The notes under the pieces: generated by a model
What the model was told of the DNA's origin: nothing
The model's input: only the letters and a program-made list of their open reading frames with translations
Database searches by the model: none
In this document: piece after piece, positions 11,101 through 21,838 of the stretch
Numbering within the stretch: the stretch's first letter is position 1
Layout of the letters: each line of letters starts with the position of its first letter
Program-made: the position numbers and the translations under genes
Assembly: GCA_002269645.1 (NCBI GenBank)
Contig: NIVC01001514.1
Location: 62,001-126,000 of the forward strand
From: Macrostomum lignano
Taxonomy: Eukaryota
Direction of reading: 5' to 3'
Length of the DNA stretch: 64,000 bases

Positions 11101-12787
11101 TCTCAGACTAGTCCTAGACTCGCCTGGCACGCCCATCTTAATAAGCCACCCGTCCGACTTCTGTTCGCAACACCCCCTCCAGTTCCAAACCAGACCCACA
11201 ACATCCTGGAGCAACATCCTTGTTGCCTCTCGCCACCGACCCCTGTCAGCACCAACCGTCACGTCCACAATCCATACTTTCCCCTTAATCAATATTATCA
11301 GGTCAGATCGCCTAATACCTCCCTGAGTCGCAAAGGATTTTTCTTTAATCACGCTATAGACTATCTTCTCAAGCTGATCCCCAACTAAGTCTACAATTCT
11401 ATCGTGCCTAGCCCCCCTCACGTTCCAAGTCCCATTACACTGCTGTACAATACATGAGATAAGCCACAGAATACACCAGAATGCTCAATCAAGCTCCCTG
11501 CGAAAAAATTTTGAGGCAAAAACTATTCGCTAGCTACGCTACTTCTAAGGTGAAGTGATTTGTGAGTGGTGCTGGCTTTTTTCATCAACCCGGGTGTATT
11601 GAGATCGATTTTGCCATAGACGATGTTTTTCGCTTGTCTTTCCGTCCATCTATCCTTTCTATTTGATGCCTAGTGTATAATAACTCAGCTTAGTTGCCTG
11701 CGTTCCTTAGATTTATACCCCCTTTGGCCGCTCCAAATAAATCGATGGTCCAATGTTAAAGTCCGAGGCCCGAGCCTTGGATGGTTTTATATTTCGGCTT
11801 TCGATTTGGAAGCTGATTGAGCATTCTGGTGTATACTGTGAGATAAGCCTTCGATCTGCCTGCAGCCCGCGTTAAATTCAAACATTTAATAGACAGACAC
11901 AGGGAAAGAAGTTACTAAAGCAATTTACGGGCAGGCCACAACGTACCTATCAGGCAGTTGAATTCGCATAGCTTTCACAACAGCCACCAGAGCCGATCGC
12001 AGCTCGGCGCAGCCCAGCAGAGTAGAGTGCACCCTAGACTGCCAGGCCATGGCTCGCTCGGTGAGGCACTGTAAAGCCGCACCGGCAGTCAGCTGTACGG
12101 GCAGCGGCTGCAGCACCAGCAGTAGGCTGAGCAGATTCTCCATCCGAGGCCGGCGGCCGCGCTCGCAGGCCGGGCACAGGTATTTGAGTTCGCGCAGAGC
12201 GGCCCGCAGAGTCGGACCGGACGTGCCCAGCGGCTTCAAATATTTAGGCAGAGGGGCGCAGGCGGCGTGAAGCCACAGGCGGCACAGCTCGCACTGCAGA
12301 AAGCAGGCGCCGCCAGCCAGCTGCCTGCCGCAGTAGCAACCGCCTGCGGCGTCGTTACGCCGCCTAGCAACCAGTGCGGCCTGTAGTTCGCGGCTGGCTA
12401 AGTCTCTGTAGGCGGCCACTCTGTCTGCGTCTGTCTGCTCAGCCGAGAAGCGGACTGACGGGTCCTCAAAGGCGGTTGCTGAGGCTGATTTTGAAGAGCC
12501 AGATGAGGACAGAACTGCTTTTTTATGCTGCTGAAGCGGCTGCTGCTCGGAAGGACCGCCAAGGAACGAGTCGGCTGAGCGGGGTAGCAGCACCTGCGGG
12601 ATGGGGTGCATATGAAATATGAATTTGCGAATTATGAACAAAAGACCCACAGTTGAATGTTCTCTTAAACAGAAAGTGAAGCAGACAAGGCGTTTAGCGA
12701 TTTGCTTCTCGTTTCCTATAGAGTAAAATAACGGAAAAGTAGTGAAGGAAACGAGGAAACAGAAAACAGACAGACAGACAGACAGGC

Positions 12788-12828
<41 letters not shown>

Positions 12829-12851
12829 CTAAGACAGACAGACAGACAGAA

Positions 12852-12900
<49 letters not shown>

Positions 12901-15900
12901 CACAGACAGACAGACAGACAGAAGGGCAGACAGACAGACAGACAGACAGACAGACAGGCAGACAGAAAGACAGACAGACAGACAGACAGACACACAGACA
13001 GACAGACAGACAGAAGGGCAGACAGACAGACAGACAGACAGACAGACACACAGACAGGAGCGCACCTGCAGCAGGCTATGCGGTGACTGTTTCTTCAGGA
13101 AGTTTCTCGAGGCCCGCTCCAGCCAGGCGTTGGCCTGCCCGATCAGCGCCTCCAGCTGCGGCAGTCGCTCCAGCTTCAGGCCGAGACTCCGGCCGTCCGC
13201 CGCCAGCTTCTCCAACTCCTCGAGGCTCGGCCGCCTGTCCGAGTCTTTCAGATCGGCGGTCAGCAGGCCGTCGGCCCGGCACTCCCAGTCGGCGGCGGCG
13301 ATGAGCAGGTCGGACAGGCGCTGCAGCGGCTCCAATCGGACGCGGAGGTCGCGGCCGGCCTCAACTAGGCGGGCCAGCTCGGCCGCGTCTGGCTGCGGCT
13401 GGCGGTCGGGCTCGAGGCACTCGCGGATCGACATGGACAGCCGGCTGGCCTGGTGGTGCAGGCTGGTCACTTTGGCCGACAAGTCCACAAATTCAACGTC
13501 GTCCGCTGCGGCCGAGTCGGCATCGGCGTTTGCCGCGGCCTCGTCGACTAGACGTTGGAGATCGGCCAGGCTGGGGCGCTGGTCCTGCTTGCCCTCGGCC
13601 TCATCGCCATCCCGGCCATGGACACCTAAAGCTGCTCTAGCCTCGGCTTTCCAGTCCAGATAGCGTCCCAGTGCCGATAAAGCCGCGGCGTCGTCCATGG
13701 CAACCGGCAGCGAGCTGTCGGCCTCGGAAAGCAGGCCGGACACAGAGTCGCAGCTGGCGGCCGGGTTGGCCAGGACTTGCCGAGCTCGAGAGCGCCAGGA
13801 CTCGACTCGATCCCGAAGCTGCTCAAATTCGACGCCCTCGGCCAGTCGGCAAGGCAGTTCGCGCAGTTTGGCGTCCAAAGCCCGAAATGCCGATTCGCTG
13901 ATGCGGCCGGAGGCGCCAGCGCCGGGATCCGGCGCGCGCAGCAGCAGGCGCAGAACGCCGGCCGCGCGATCGGCCATGCGCAGAGCGCCGCGAAGTCTGC
14001 GAAGCCTGGCGCAGGACTGCGACACTCTCAGCTGGACGGCCTGCCGCTCTAGCGACTCCAAGACCGACCGATCGGGCAGATCCTTGTCGGCTCCTTGCGC
14101 CAGAATCGAGTCGGCCTGACGGCGCCAGTCGGCCAGCTGATCGCACCGATTTGACACCGCCTGAGTCATGGCAAGCAGCTCCTCCTCGGTGTGCCGGTAC
14201 ACCAGCCGGTGGCACTGCGGCTTTCGTCGGCAGTCTTTGCCGTCGCAGAGCAGCTCGTCAGGATGCCGGGCGCACACCAGTCGGCGCCGCTGGCAGGTGC
14301 ACTGGACGCCGCAGATGTACAGCGTGGTGTTGCAGACGCTGCACTGCCTGTCATCATCTGGCAGGCATTCGAATTTTTCGCGCTGGCTCGCCTCGATGCC
14401 GACTGAAGCGACGGTCTTGGTCAGGTCCGCGAGGCGCGGCTGCAGCTCCTGCGGTTGTTCAATGGCATTCGACTGGTTAGGGGCAATGCTTTAAGAGTGA
14501 TTTGGGTTAATAAGAGGTTATTTGGGGCCGATTGGAAGGCGATTCTTTAGGTGAGATTCTTTAGGTGGATTGAAGGGGATTCTTCAGGGGAGATTCTTTA
14601 GGTGGATTGGATGGCGATTCTTTAGGTGAGATTCTTTAGGTGGATTTGGAGGGCGATTCTTTAAGGGAGATTCTTTAGGTGGATTAGAAGGGATTCTTTA
14701 GGGGAGATTCTTTAGGTGGATTGAAGGCGATTCTTTAGGTGGATTGAAGGGGATTCTTTAGGGGAGATTCTTCAGGTGGATTGGAGGGCGATTATTTAGG
14801 GGAGATTCTTTAGGGATATTCCTAAAGGGGGAGTTGGAGGGCGATTCTTTAGGGGAGATTCTCTAGGTGGATTGGAGGGGATTCATTAGGGGAGATTCTT
14901 TAGGTGGATTGAAGGGGATTCTTTAGGGGAGATTCTTTAGGGATATTCCTAAAGGGGAGTTGGAGGGCGATTCTTTATGGGATATTCCTATAGGGATGTT
15001 GGAGGGCGATTCTTTAGGGGGGATTCTTTAGGTGGATTTGGAGGGCGATTCTTTAGGGGAGATTATATACTGAGAGAGCAGTTGCTGAGGAACAACTGAC
15101 AGCTATCTTTAAGGTGACCTGAGGGCGATTCCAGACTGTGATTTTGAAGACAGTTCAGGAATTTCAGGCGATTCGAAAGCAATCTAAAGACAATATTTAC
15201 GGTCAGACTAACCTTGATCTCATCGAGCAGAAACTCGGCCTGGTCGGCAGTTAGCTCGTCAATCTCGGCGGCCATATTGCACACCAGCTCCTCGTGGCTG
15301 AACACGCAAGGCCGGCGCACTTCAATGTACTTTTCAACGCACTCGCGGCCCATAGGCAGCCAGCTGGGTGAGCAGAAATTAACGGCCTCGGCAAAGTTGA
15401 AGCCCTGATTAAAGCCGGCGTGATAGGCCCTGGGGAATGTGATGACGAAGTCGCCAGCCTCCTGATCGATGCGGTACACTGGCACACCTTTGGCCATCAA
15501 TTTTGCCGGATTCATAATCGTAGTAATATGATGCAGCAGATCTGGCGATCTTTCGAATAGTTCTCCAGCCTCCTCGCGCATAGCGGTCTCCAGAGCGGGC
15601 GCAGAGGCGCTGGGCACCCCGTACCAGGTCTTGGGGTCGCCCCAGTGCAGGTAGTTGATCGAGTAGGACCAGTGGTCCTCGATATGCCAGCAGAATGCCG
15701 AGAACAGCATGCCAACATAGCACCAGGGAATCACCATGCCGTTAATGTCCTGGCGAAGGAACCGCAGCAGGCCCGAGTCGCCCAGCGGCAGGTTGTTCAA
15801 ATTCCACGGGTGCTCCGAGTGAGCTCGCCACTCGGCTGCCAGCTTCGAAGTCGGCTTGCCACCAGACAGGGTCGCCGGAATGGCGCAGCCTCGTGTGGGG

Positions 15901-16320
15901 AAGCCGCTGCCGCACACGCTGCTGTGAATGTCGGCCCCGTACTCCACAGACACCGATTCGCTTAGCGACTGCAGCAGGCGCCAGAACTCCGCCTCAACTT
16001 GGTCCAGCGGCACCTGACTGGAGCCGCCGCCTGAGGCATTGTTACTGAACGACTCCTGAGCGGCAAAGTAGTTCCGCTTGAATTCGTCGGCCATTGCGCC
16101 GAAGTCCGCTAGTGAGTACTCGGTGCGGGACTGCTCAAAGCCGTACTCTGCCGGCCGCGGTGCCGAGGCGATGGTCTCTGACACGCAGCGGGGGCAGCGC
16201 CAGTCGCCGGGTGGCACATCGGGCAGGGGCGGATACAGGCAAAACGTGTGGTAGGGGGCCTCGCAGCCTTCGCAGATGAGCAGCACCGACTCCTGGGTGA
16301 GGAAGGGGGCAGAGCGCGTT

Positions 16321-16406
<86 letters not shown>

Positions 16407-18125
16407 CAGACAGGCAGACACAGACAGGCAGACACAGACAGACAGACAGACACAGACAGGCAGACACAGACAGGCAGACACAGACAGACACAGACAGACA
16501 GATACAGAAAGACACAGACAGGCAGACAGACAGACACAGACAGGCAGATCATCACCTGGTCGCCTCGGCGGCACTCCCTGCACAGCAGGCTGTTTAGCCA
16601 GCCGCCGCCAACTCCACTGTTGCTCCGCTTGGCCCTCGCCGTTGATTTCGTAGCCGTAGTTGTCGTTGAAGAAGTCGACGACGGTGTCGTAGCCGGCTGC
16701 GGCGACGGCGGCCGCTTAATCGGGCTGGACCACAGCTGCATTCGGCGGGCATCGTCTGCGGCTGCCGCGGCCTGACGAAGGGCCCGGCCGTTGCGCTGAC
16801 AGCGGCCCGCCTCTGTATTTCAAAGATAATGCAATGTTCGTTTAAACTGCTGTTAGTAGACACGGGCTATGCGTCATGCTTTTGTGTTAAATAATATTGA
16901 TGCAGTATACATTGCTAGAGCTCACACAACCGGCATATCCTGACACACAGCACGCACAATATAATGACACACAAGATCCTGACAGACAACACACAATATC
17001 CTGACAGGCAACACACAATATCCTGACAGACAACACACAATATCCTGACAGGCAACACACAATATCCTGACAGACAACACACAACATCCTGACACACAAC
17101 ACAATATCCTGACAGACAACACACAATATCCTGACAGACAACACACAACATCCTGATAGAAAACACACAATATCCTGACACATTACACACACAATATCCT
17201 GACACAGTACACACAATATCCTGACACATTACACACACAATATCCTGACACAGTACACACACAATATCCTGACACAGTACACACAATATCCTGACACATT
17301 ACACACACAATATCCTGACACATTACACACACAATATCCTGACACATTACACACACAATATCCTGACACATTACACACACAATATCCTGACACATTACAC
17401 ACACAATATCCTGACACATTACACAAACCCATCCAGCAAAGCATTAAACAACGGTCCCAGTTACCAGCATCGGACAACGGAGCTGACGCCTGTCGCTCAA
17501 CAGTCTTGACAGCAGGAGCCGGCGGCGCCGCAGTCTTGGCCGCCTGACTGTTCGACTTCAACAGATCGAACGGCAGCAGAATTTTCTGATAATGAAACTT
17601 CAGCTGGCTGGCTAGCGATTTCCCAGCCTGCTTGTGACCCATGGCGCCTGCCACCTTGGACCACAGCTTGGAGCTGGTGACCTCCTGGTAGCCGCCAAGC
17701 TGGCGCACAACATTGTAGAGCCGGTGCAGGTCCAGATGCCTCCTGTCAACATTGGGGACGCGCAGTCGGACGCCCTGCAAATCCCAGAACTTGGTTAGCT
17801 GATCGAGAAAGTTCAGCTTCACCCGAGATTCGGCTTCGAGCTCGTTCAGCCGTTGCACTCGAGGTTTAAAACGGAAAGTGGCGACGTCGAGGCCGAACGG
17901 CGGATTCCAATCCTTAGGCGGCCGGATCTTGCAGATGCCGGTGTGAACTACAACAGGGGCGATGGACTCCAGGTAGCCGTAGAAGTCTTGGAACTCTTCC
18001 ACAGTCGGCTCGAATATTGGAGCCAACGGTGGCGGCTTGAACGGGGCGGTGGCAGGCGGTGCAGCGCCATTGCCAGAGAGTTGAACAGGAGGCTGAAGCT
18101 GAGCTGAGTCCACCGCTGTACTCAT
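5120..18125 (-). CDS. KDM5: Lysine-specific demethylase 5 (JARID1/lid). Exons 18125-17465, 16812-16556, 16292-15213, 14448-13066, 12593-11947, 6017-5120; 4926 nt, about 1641 aa.
   Basis: All introns are GT-AG and phase-consistent. Domains in canonical order: JmjN ([13 protein letters not shown]...GICKIRPP), ARID, PHD1, JmjC with intact Fe ligands (WHIEDH...AYHAGFN), C5HC2 finger (PDDDRQC), PLU-1, PHD2, terminal PHD3 ([17 protein letters not shown]). Confidence 0.95.
6312..6492 (-). repeat. 3' LTR (181 bp)
   Basis: Direct repeat of 10647-10827; one A/T difference (CACGCAAAGG vs CACGCATAGG). Confidence 0.97.
6493..6503 (-). promoter_or_regulatory. Polypurine tract of the Gypsy element
   Basis: Minus strand GGGGGAGAGA immediately before the 3' LTR start TGTGG. 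Confidence 0.85.
6693..10646 (-). CDS. Single-ORF Gag-Pol polyprotein (1317 aa): Gag with zinc knuckles, aspartic protease, RT, RNase H, integrase
   Basis: [14 protein letters not shown] (CCHC); LVDSGA; LDIFKAFHQ...WIHDDIII; [10 protein letters not shown]; HQGH...C--C; DVCGPF, DNATYF, GEVERFN (DDE). The PR-RT-RH-IN order is that of Ty3/Gypsy. Confidence 0.96.
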   Translation of the reverse strand: MASQLNLPSPARLDLRTDPNTAQTKWKKWYAQFELFAVAANIEDKKRLRQLLLYTAGEDLQSIAAGLGDKEAAGKDVETLVAALNDHFDSKRNLPFTRYQFRLCTQRSGEPIDEWLQRLKDAADCCGFEGLRDSLIRDQVIAGCSSEQLRRKLLAIDNVDLEQALRVARAMETAETQASLMESNEAAVQRLRLRDTGAAASSAERPVKGPAKQQPGKQTTCIRCGVPGHRTCNAARGKTCERCGKRNHLARACLSRPLEAVRALQADSDSSEPEDSIFCLTVAATGTATAGARTTVLVDSTQLEVLVDSGADCNILTEKAWRKLPRPPPLQTTRTKVFAFRSSEPLSILGACSLQVTTGQDSQEVRFIVVPGDGVNILGREASTSLRLLSLGPQVRAIAAAETENAETLALAKRFPELFKGLGKVKGVSVQIGIKPDARPVCHPPSRVPVHLREALDRELDEQERLQIIQPVEGPTPWVSRIVVVPKEDGKTVRITQDLRDVNKAALRQRHQIPTFEEATSDMTGSTIFTKLDIFKAFHQIEISEDSRKYFVFSTPRGMRQLTRLSMGFASASEILQRVMQQVLEGLTGVKWIHDDIIIHSQGPEVHQEHVAACLTRLRDNGITLNASKCRWGIGKAKFMAMTLSKFGIQPSEEKIAELQAFRDPQSAKEVRSFLGLANHLEKFMPHLADKAEPLRRLTRKGQEFVWDREQQQSFQAVKDCISEGCTLAFFDKRLPTELVVDASPVGVGAILQQRHPSGQTRPVAYASRTLSDVERRYSQIEREALGVKFGCLKFAFYLEGCPHFDIYTDHKPLLGIYRADSRPPPRLERIMLQTQHFTFTLHYRKGEDNPADPLSRNPLTSASSHKDEAEDTRLCNAVVQAATPKGLTVDRIQAATERDPALVVVMRALETGNWSCGAASPAHSFRSLKDELSVHAGLLLRGNRIVIPAELQQLTIGLAHQGHLGQKKTCDRLQRKVWWPGMSKQVEAVVTNCLPCQAARTDGAVKHPPMQPTPLPSGAWQSLSVDVCGPFPTGENVVVLVDYFSRYPDLYVVRSLTSASVINCVIASFSRFGVPQQITTDNATYFTSEEFNLFLDGLGVRQRRVTPLYPAANGEVERFNRSLNKAINAATAEGNDWRRAIHEWLHGYRNSVHRGTDRTPNDLMFNRETGDILPSGLTKQTGSSERQLQLLDRGYKQAMRKAADTRRSAAPHGILAGARVLLRNRGKAKLRCPFDPRPWLVKAVSGGALTLQRGMAVIRRHVTETKPLRECPWDLDEMDGDQRPGAPVTEANSANDGPIAQRPHPRTAKQPVCYKQ
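10635..10645 (-). promoter_or_regulatory. Putative primer-binding site TGGCGTCGCAG overlapping the gag start codon
   Basis: Starts 1 nt after the LTR end CA; TGG complements tRNA CCA; cognate tRNA not identified. Confidence 0.65.
10647..10827 (-). repeat. 5' LTR (181 bp)
   Basis: Direct repeat of 6312-6492. Confidence 0.97.
11465..11840. mobile_element. hAT-type MITE (376 bp)
   Basis: TIR CACAG(A/T)ATACACCAGAATGCTCAATC at both ends; perfect 8-bp TSD AGATAAGC at 11457-11464 and 11841-11848. Confidence 0.88.
12765..13055. repeat. (CAGA)n microsatellite, KDM5 intron 4
   Basis: Read directly. Confidence 0.97.
14530..15065. repeat. Degenerate GGCGATTCTTTAGG(G/T)GAGATTCTTTAGGTGGATT minisatellite, KDM5 intron 3
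   Basis: Repeated GATTCTTTAGG core. Confidence 0.9.
16322..16547. repeat. (CAGA)n-type microsatellite filling KDM5 intron 2
   Basis: Read directly. Confidence 0.95.
16930..17425. repeat. 21-23-bp ACACACAATATCCTGAC minisatellite, KDM5 intron 1
   Basis: Read directly; two subtypes (GACAGACA and GACACATT). Confidence 0.93.
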
Positions 18126-19062
18126 TGTGTCTTCTCTGTTTCTGTTTGGACTAGGCGAATAACTTCTTCTATCTCTATTTGATTAGGTACAATATTTAAG
18201 TTTGCATTGCCTAACAGGAGAGGCTGAAATTGATAAACACATTTTTGTTAAAGTTTAATGCTTTAACCATGTATCAGGGCATATATGGTTTTATAATTAC
18301 TTTTATTGATATCTATACATCATTTATATATGTTATACAAAGATGCATGGGTATGCAACCAGGGTCTGAACTTTACCTAACCAGTGCAAGGGGGATTTAA
18401 CAAACTCAAATTTCACAATGCCATAAACTACTGCATGGTTCTTATGATCTCAAGTTTTCCATGTTAGGTTAGGAAAAATTGATCTTATGAAGTCCCTGGC
18501 TAGAGTTTTTGACATTGTTAAATCTTGAGTTTGTGAAAGCACTCCTTTCAATACAGCATATTTTTCTATGAAAATGACATACCTACAGTTTTTATACAAC
18601 ATATCTTTTCTTAGAATGCAATTTTAATAATTTTTCTATTCAAAACTCTTTTCCTATGATTTCTTTTGTACATTACTTTTGTACATTTTGTACATTTGTA
18701 CAGTATTGTCATTTTTTGATGTTTTTTATTTTATTAGTTTAAATTTTTTATTTAGTCTTTTTATATTGTATTAATTATTTTTCCCACACTTAAACCCCAC
18801 TTAATAGCTTATATAGATTGGCTAAGTTGGCTAGGTGTGTGAGTATATAAAGATATCAGATTTATCTAACTCCTAATGCCTAATTTATTTAACTTAACAG
18901 CTTGAAATCTTGCTGGCTATAAGCCTTTTACTGCCTTGAATTTTGACAATGCTAACCCTATTAGAAAACATGCCATTTTTGTAATAATTATAGTGATTTT
19001 ATTATAATATATAGTTTTGTAAGCTGATAGAAACTCAGATAGGATAAATGACAGGTCCCAAC

Positions 19063-19855
19063 TAGTGATGGATCCGAATATTCAGATTCAGACTCCCAAT
19101 CTGAATAAAGTCTTATTTTTTTAGAAATCCAAATGTTTTGAATTCGGGAAATTATATTTTCTGAATTTCTGAATGTGCTTCTGAATATGAAAAAATCAAA
19201 AAACCAAAACAAAATTATGCAAACATAAAAGAAATACAACTTTTGAAAAAAGAAAGTAAATTAAAAAAACAAGAACTCAAAATTTATTGTCATATTGTTT
19301 GTTTTTACAATTGTCTGCTTTTGCAGCAATGTATTTTTTTAAAGTTATTAAGTAAAGTTACTTAACTTTGGGACCTTTGAGGCATTTAACCTAAAGTCAC
19401 AAAAACATTTTAAGGTAATCAATGTTTAAGTATAATTGTTACTTTGTTTTTTTAAATGAAAATGCAATGGACTTTATGTGCACTGTACATAGTAAAGTTA
19501 TCAAATTGCAAAACTGTAATGTCAGTTAGTATTAGTAATTAGAATTAGCTAGATTAGATATATAAGAATTAAGTTCAATTCAATTCAGATACTACAAGTA
19601 GATAGATATAGTATAAGCCCAAGCTAGATTGAATCTTGTCATTAAATTAATGTACAGCACTAATACAATTACTAATTAGATGATGAGGCATTTTTGTCAC
19701 TAAAAGGTATCATAGTTATTCCTGCTATTTACCTTTTACTTTTTTTATATTTTGGAAACATTTAGGCCTAGATATTTGGATTCAGATTTGGAATTTTTTG
19801 TACATTTGGATTTGGTTTCGGAAACTTGCAAAAATCTACATTTGGTCCATCACTT
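19063..19855. mobile_element. Non-autonomous hAT-type DNA element (793 bp)
   Basis: TIR TAGTGATGG...CCATCACTT; perfect 8-bp TSD GTCCCAAC at 19055-19062 and 19856-19863; subterminal GATTCAGA/TTTGGA repeats. Confidence 0.8.
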
Positions 19856-20255
19856 GTCCCAACACAGTAGCATTCAAATGGTAAGTTCCACTAGGCATAG
19901 AAATGGAACACATATAGCATCAACATATAGCATCAAAACTCTATTATTTAAGTCCCTAGTCCTAGTCCTAGAGTTCCAACCATTGCATTGAAAGTGAAAA
20001 CATTTGTCTTAATATTAGCCCCACTAACCAATTACACTGCACATATGATATCAAAAATATATTGCTTAAATTCTCTTAACTAACTAACTTAAAAGCTTTG
20101 AACCCATTTTATGTCTATCAATCTTTATAATTTAATTTTGTCTTTCCTTGACTTTCTTTTGTCCCAGATATGACATAAAAACAGAGTACTGATATATCAA
20201 TAATAAAAATTGACAATTTCAAATATATTTTTCAAATAGTATTTTACTGTTAAAT

Positions 20256-20792
20256 AGGCTTTTCATATTACTGATTCCAGAACCAGAATCAGTTCAAAGC
20301 TTTTCATACTATCTGTTCCATTTTTAGAATTGGTTCCAGAACCCTGAATCAATTCCGAAATTTGGTTCAAGAAATTTTCTTGATCCGTTCTCATGTTTAC
20401 ACTTTAACAGTAAAATAAAATATATTTTTAATTATCAATTTTTTGTTATTGCTAGGCCTATATTAGTACTTGTTATATCGTTTTTTGTCATATCCAAGAT
20501 AAAGCAAATTCAAGAAAAGACAAAATTAAATTATAAAGACTGACAAACATAAACTAGGTTCGAAGTTTTTCATTTTCCTACCGATTCTGGTTCTGGAATC
20601 AGGAATCGGAATTGTTCTGGTTCTGGAACCAATCTTCGTGAAAAGCCTAAAAGTGCAAACATGACAAGTGACAACGGATCGAAAAAATTCTCGAGCTGAA
20701 TTCCAGAATCGGATCATGTTTCTGGAACCGATTCTGAAAACGGAACAGACAATATGAAAAGCTTCGTTCTGGAATCGATAATTAAAAAGCCT
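20256..20792. mobile_element. MITE with long imperfect terminal inverted repeats (AGGCTTTT...AAAAGCCT; GAACCAGAA/TTCTGGTTC motifs)
   Basis: 20256-20395 is an imperfect reverse complement of about 20660-20792. Same family as 37347-37604. No clear TSD. Confidence 0.65.
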
Positions 20793-21838
20793 GAAAGAAC
20801 AAAACATTAGCTGACAATAAAGATAATGTGTTAGCTGGCTTAATTTACAATACCTCAAACTGAACGAGGAGTTTGACCTTGTATGTTGTAACGTGAAAAA
20901 ATGTTTTACAAAATTATAATTTTCAGTCATAAGTAGAGAGAAATAAGTCCCTAATGACCTATTTAAGGCTATTTCTAACACAAAACTGCAAACTTTTATT
21001 AAAATTCGTATTTTAAAAGATTGTTTTCTACTCAAGTTAAAACTGCGCAACTGTTTCGAAGAATGACCACAAACAAGCTTTTAAAACAAAGTTTAAAATA
21101 TTAAGCAATACAAATTTTAAAACAATCAGTTCTTATTAAGTCGACCTTGCATAAATATTAAGTTCAAGGACCACCCAAGTAACATATATATAGGACGCTA
21201 CACTCGAAATCTACGGCAACTTTTGCCGAAAAATACACTACAGAGATAGGAGGTTTTCATTTTTTCAGCACAAAAATTGGTATTGCTTTTGATAGAAGGC
21301 AGATCCAATGTTCATCTTTTGAGATGTTGTGCCTTTCTTATTGCTCTATCGATACTCATAAAGCTTTTTGTTCAGAAATAGTTTTAAAAGGCAGCTGTTT
21401 CACCGGAAAAATACCTAATAAATAGAATACCTAATTAAATAGATTACGTATTTCACGATTTTCAACACTAAAACATTGATTGGATCTCTCAACAGTGTCA
21501 AAGAAAGTTCTAATCACACTATTTTGTGCCTCATATGCAGCTCTAACGACGCATTAATCGATTTTTCATGTTAAATTTGTCTTGTCATTATTTTGTGTCA
21601 GACTGTATTTTGTCCAGATGGGAATTTATTAGACGCACTATAATAACTTAAACCGGCAAAAACTTGGAGAAAAAGCATTAAGAACGAGTACTTGAACTCA
21701 TTTTCAATGGAAAATTTTATTTGTGATCTAATCATAATAAAATGGTGCCAAAAAGCTGCAAGCGCTGACAAAAAACTTTTTATTTTGGGCATTTTGGAGC
21801 CTTCGAAAAAAACAAACACTGAATTCACGGTAAAATGG

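Larger units (their letters stand above)
6110..11875 (-). mobile_element. Degenerate 5'-truncated R2-like (RLE-type) non-LTR retrotransposon. Pieces about 11875-11841, 11464-10828 and 6311-6110, split by a MITE and the Gypsy element.
   Basis: After removing the insertions the minus strand gives [16 protein letters not shown]...[10 protein letters not shown]...RRSDLII...IVDVTV...GIISNW, i.e. the CCHC plus RHD/PD-D restriction-like endonuclease motifs, with stops and frameshifts. The 3' piece is weaker. Confidence 0.7.

Noticed and set aside
14530-15065. Interstitial telomeric TTAGGG
   Set aside because: TTAGGG occurs only as part of a longer GATTCTTTAGG unit, never as tandem hexamers.
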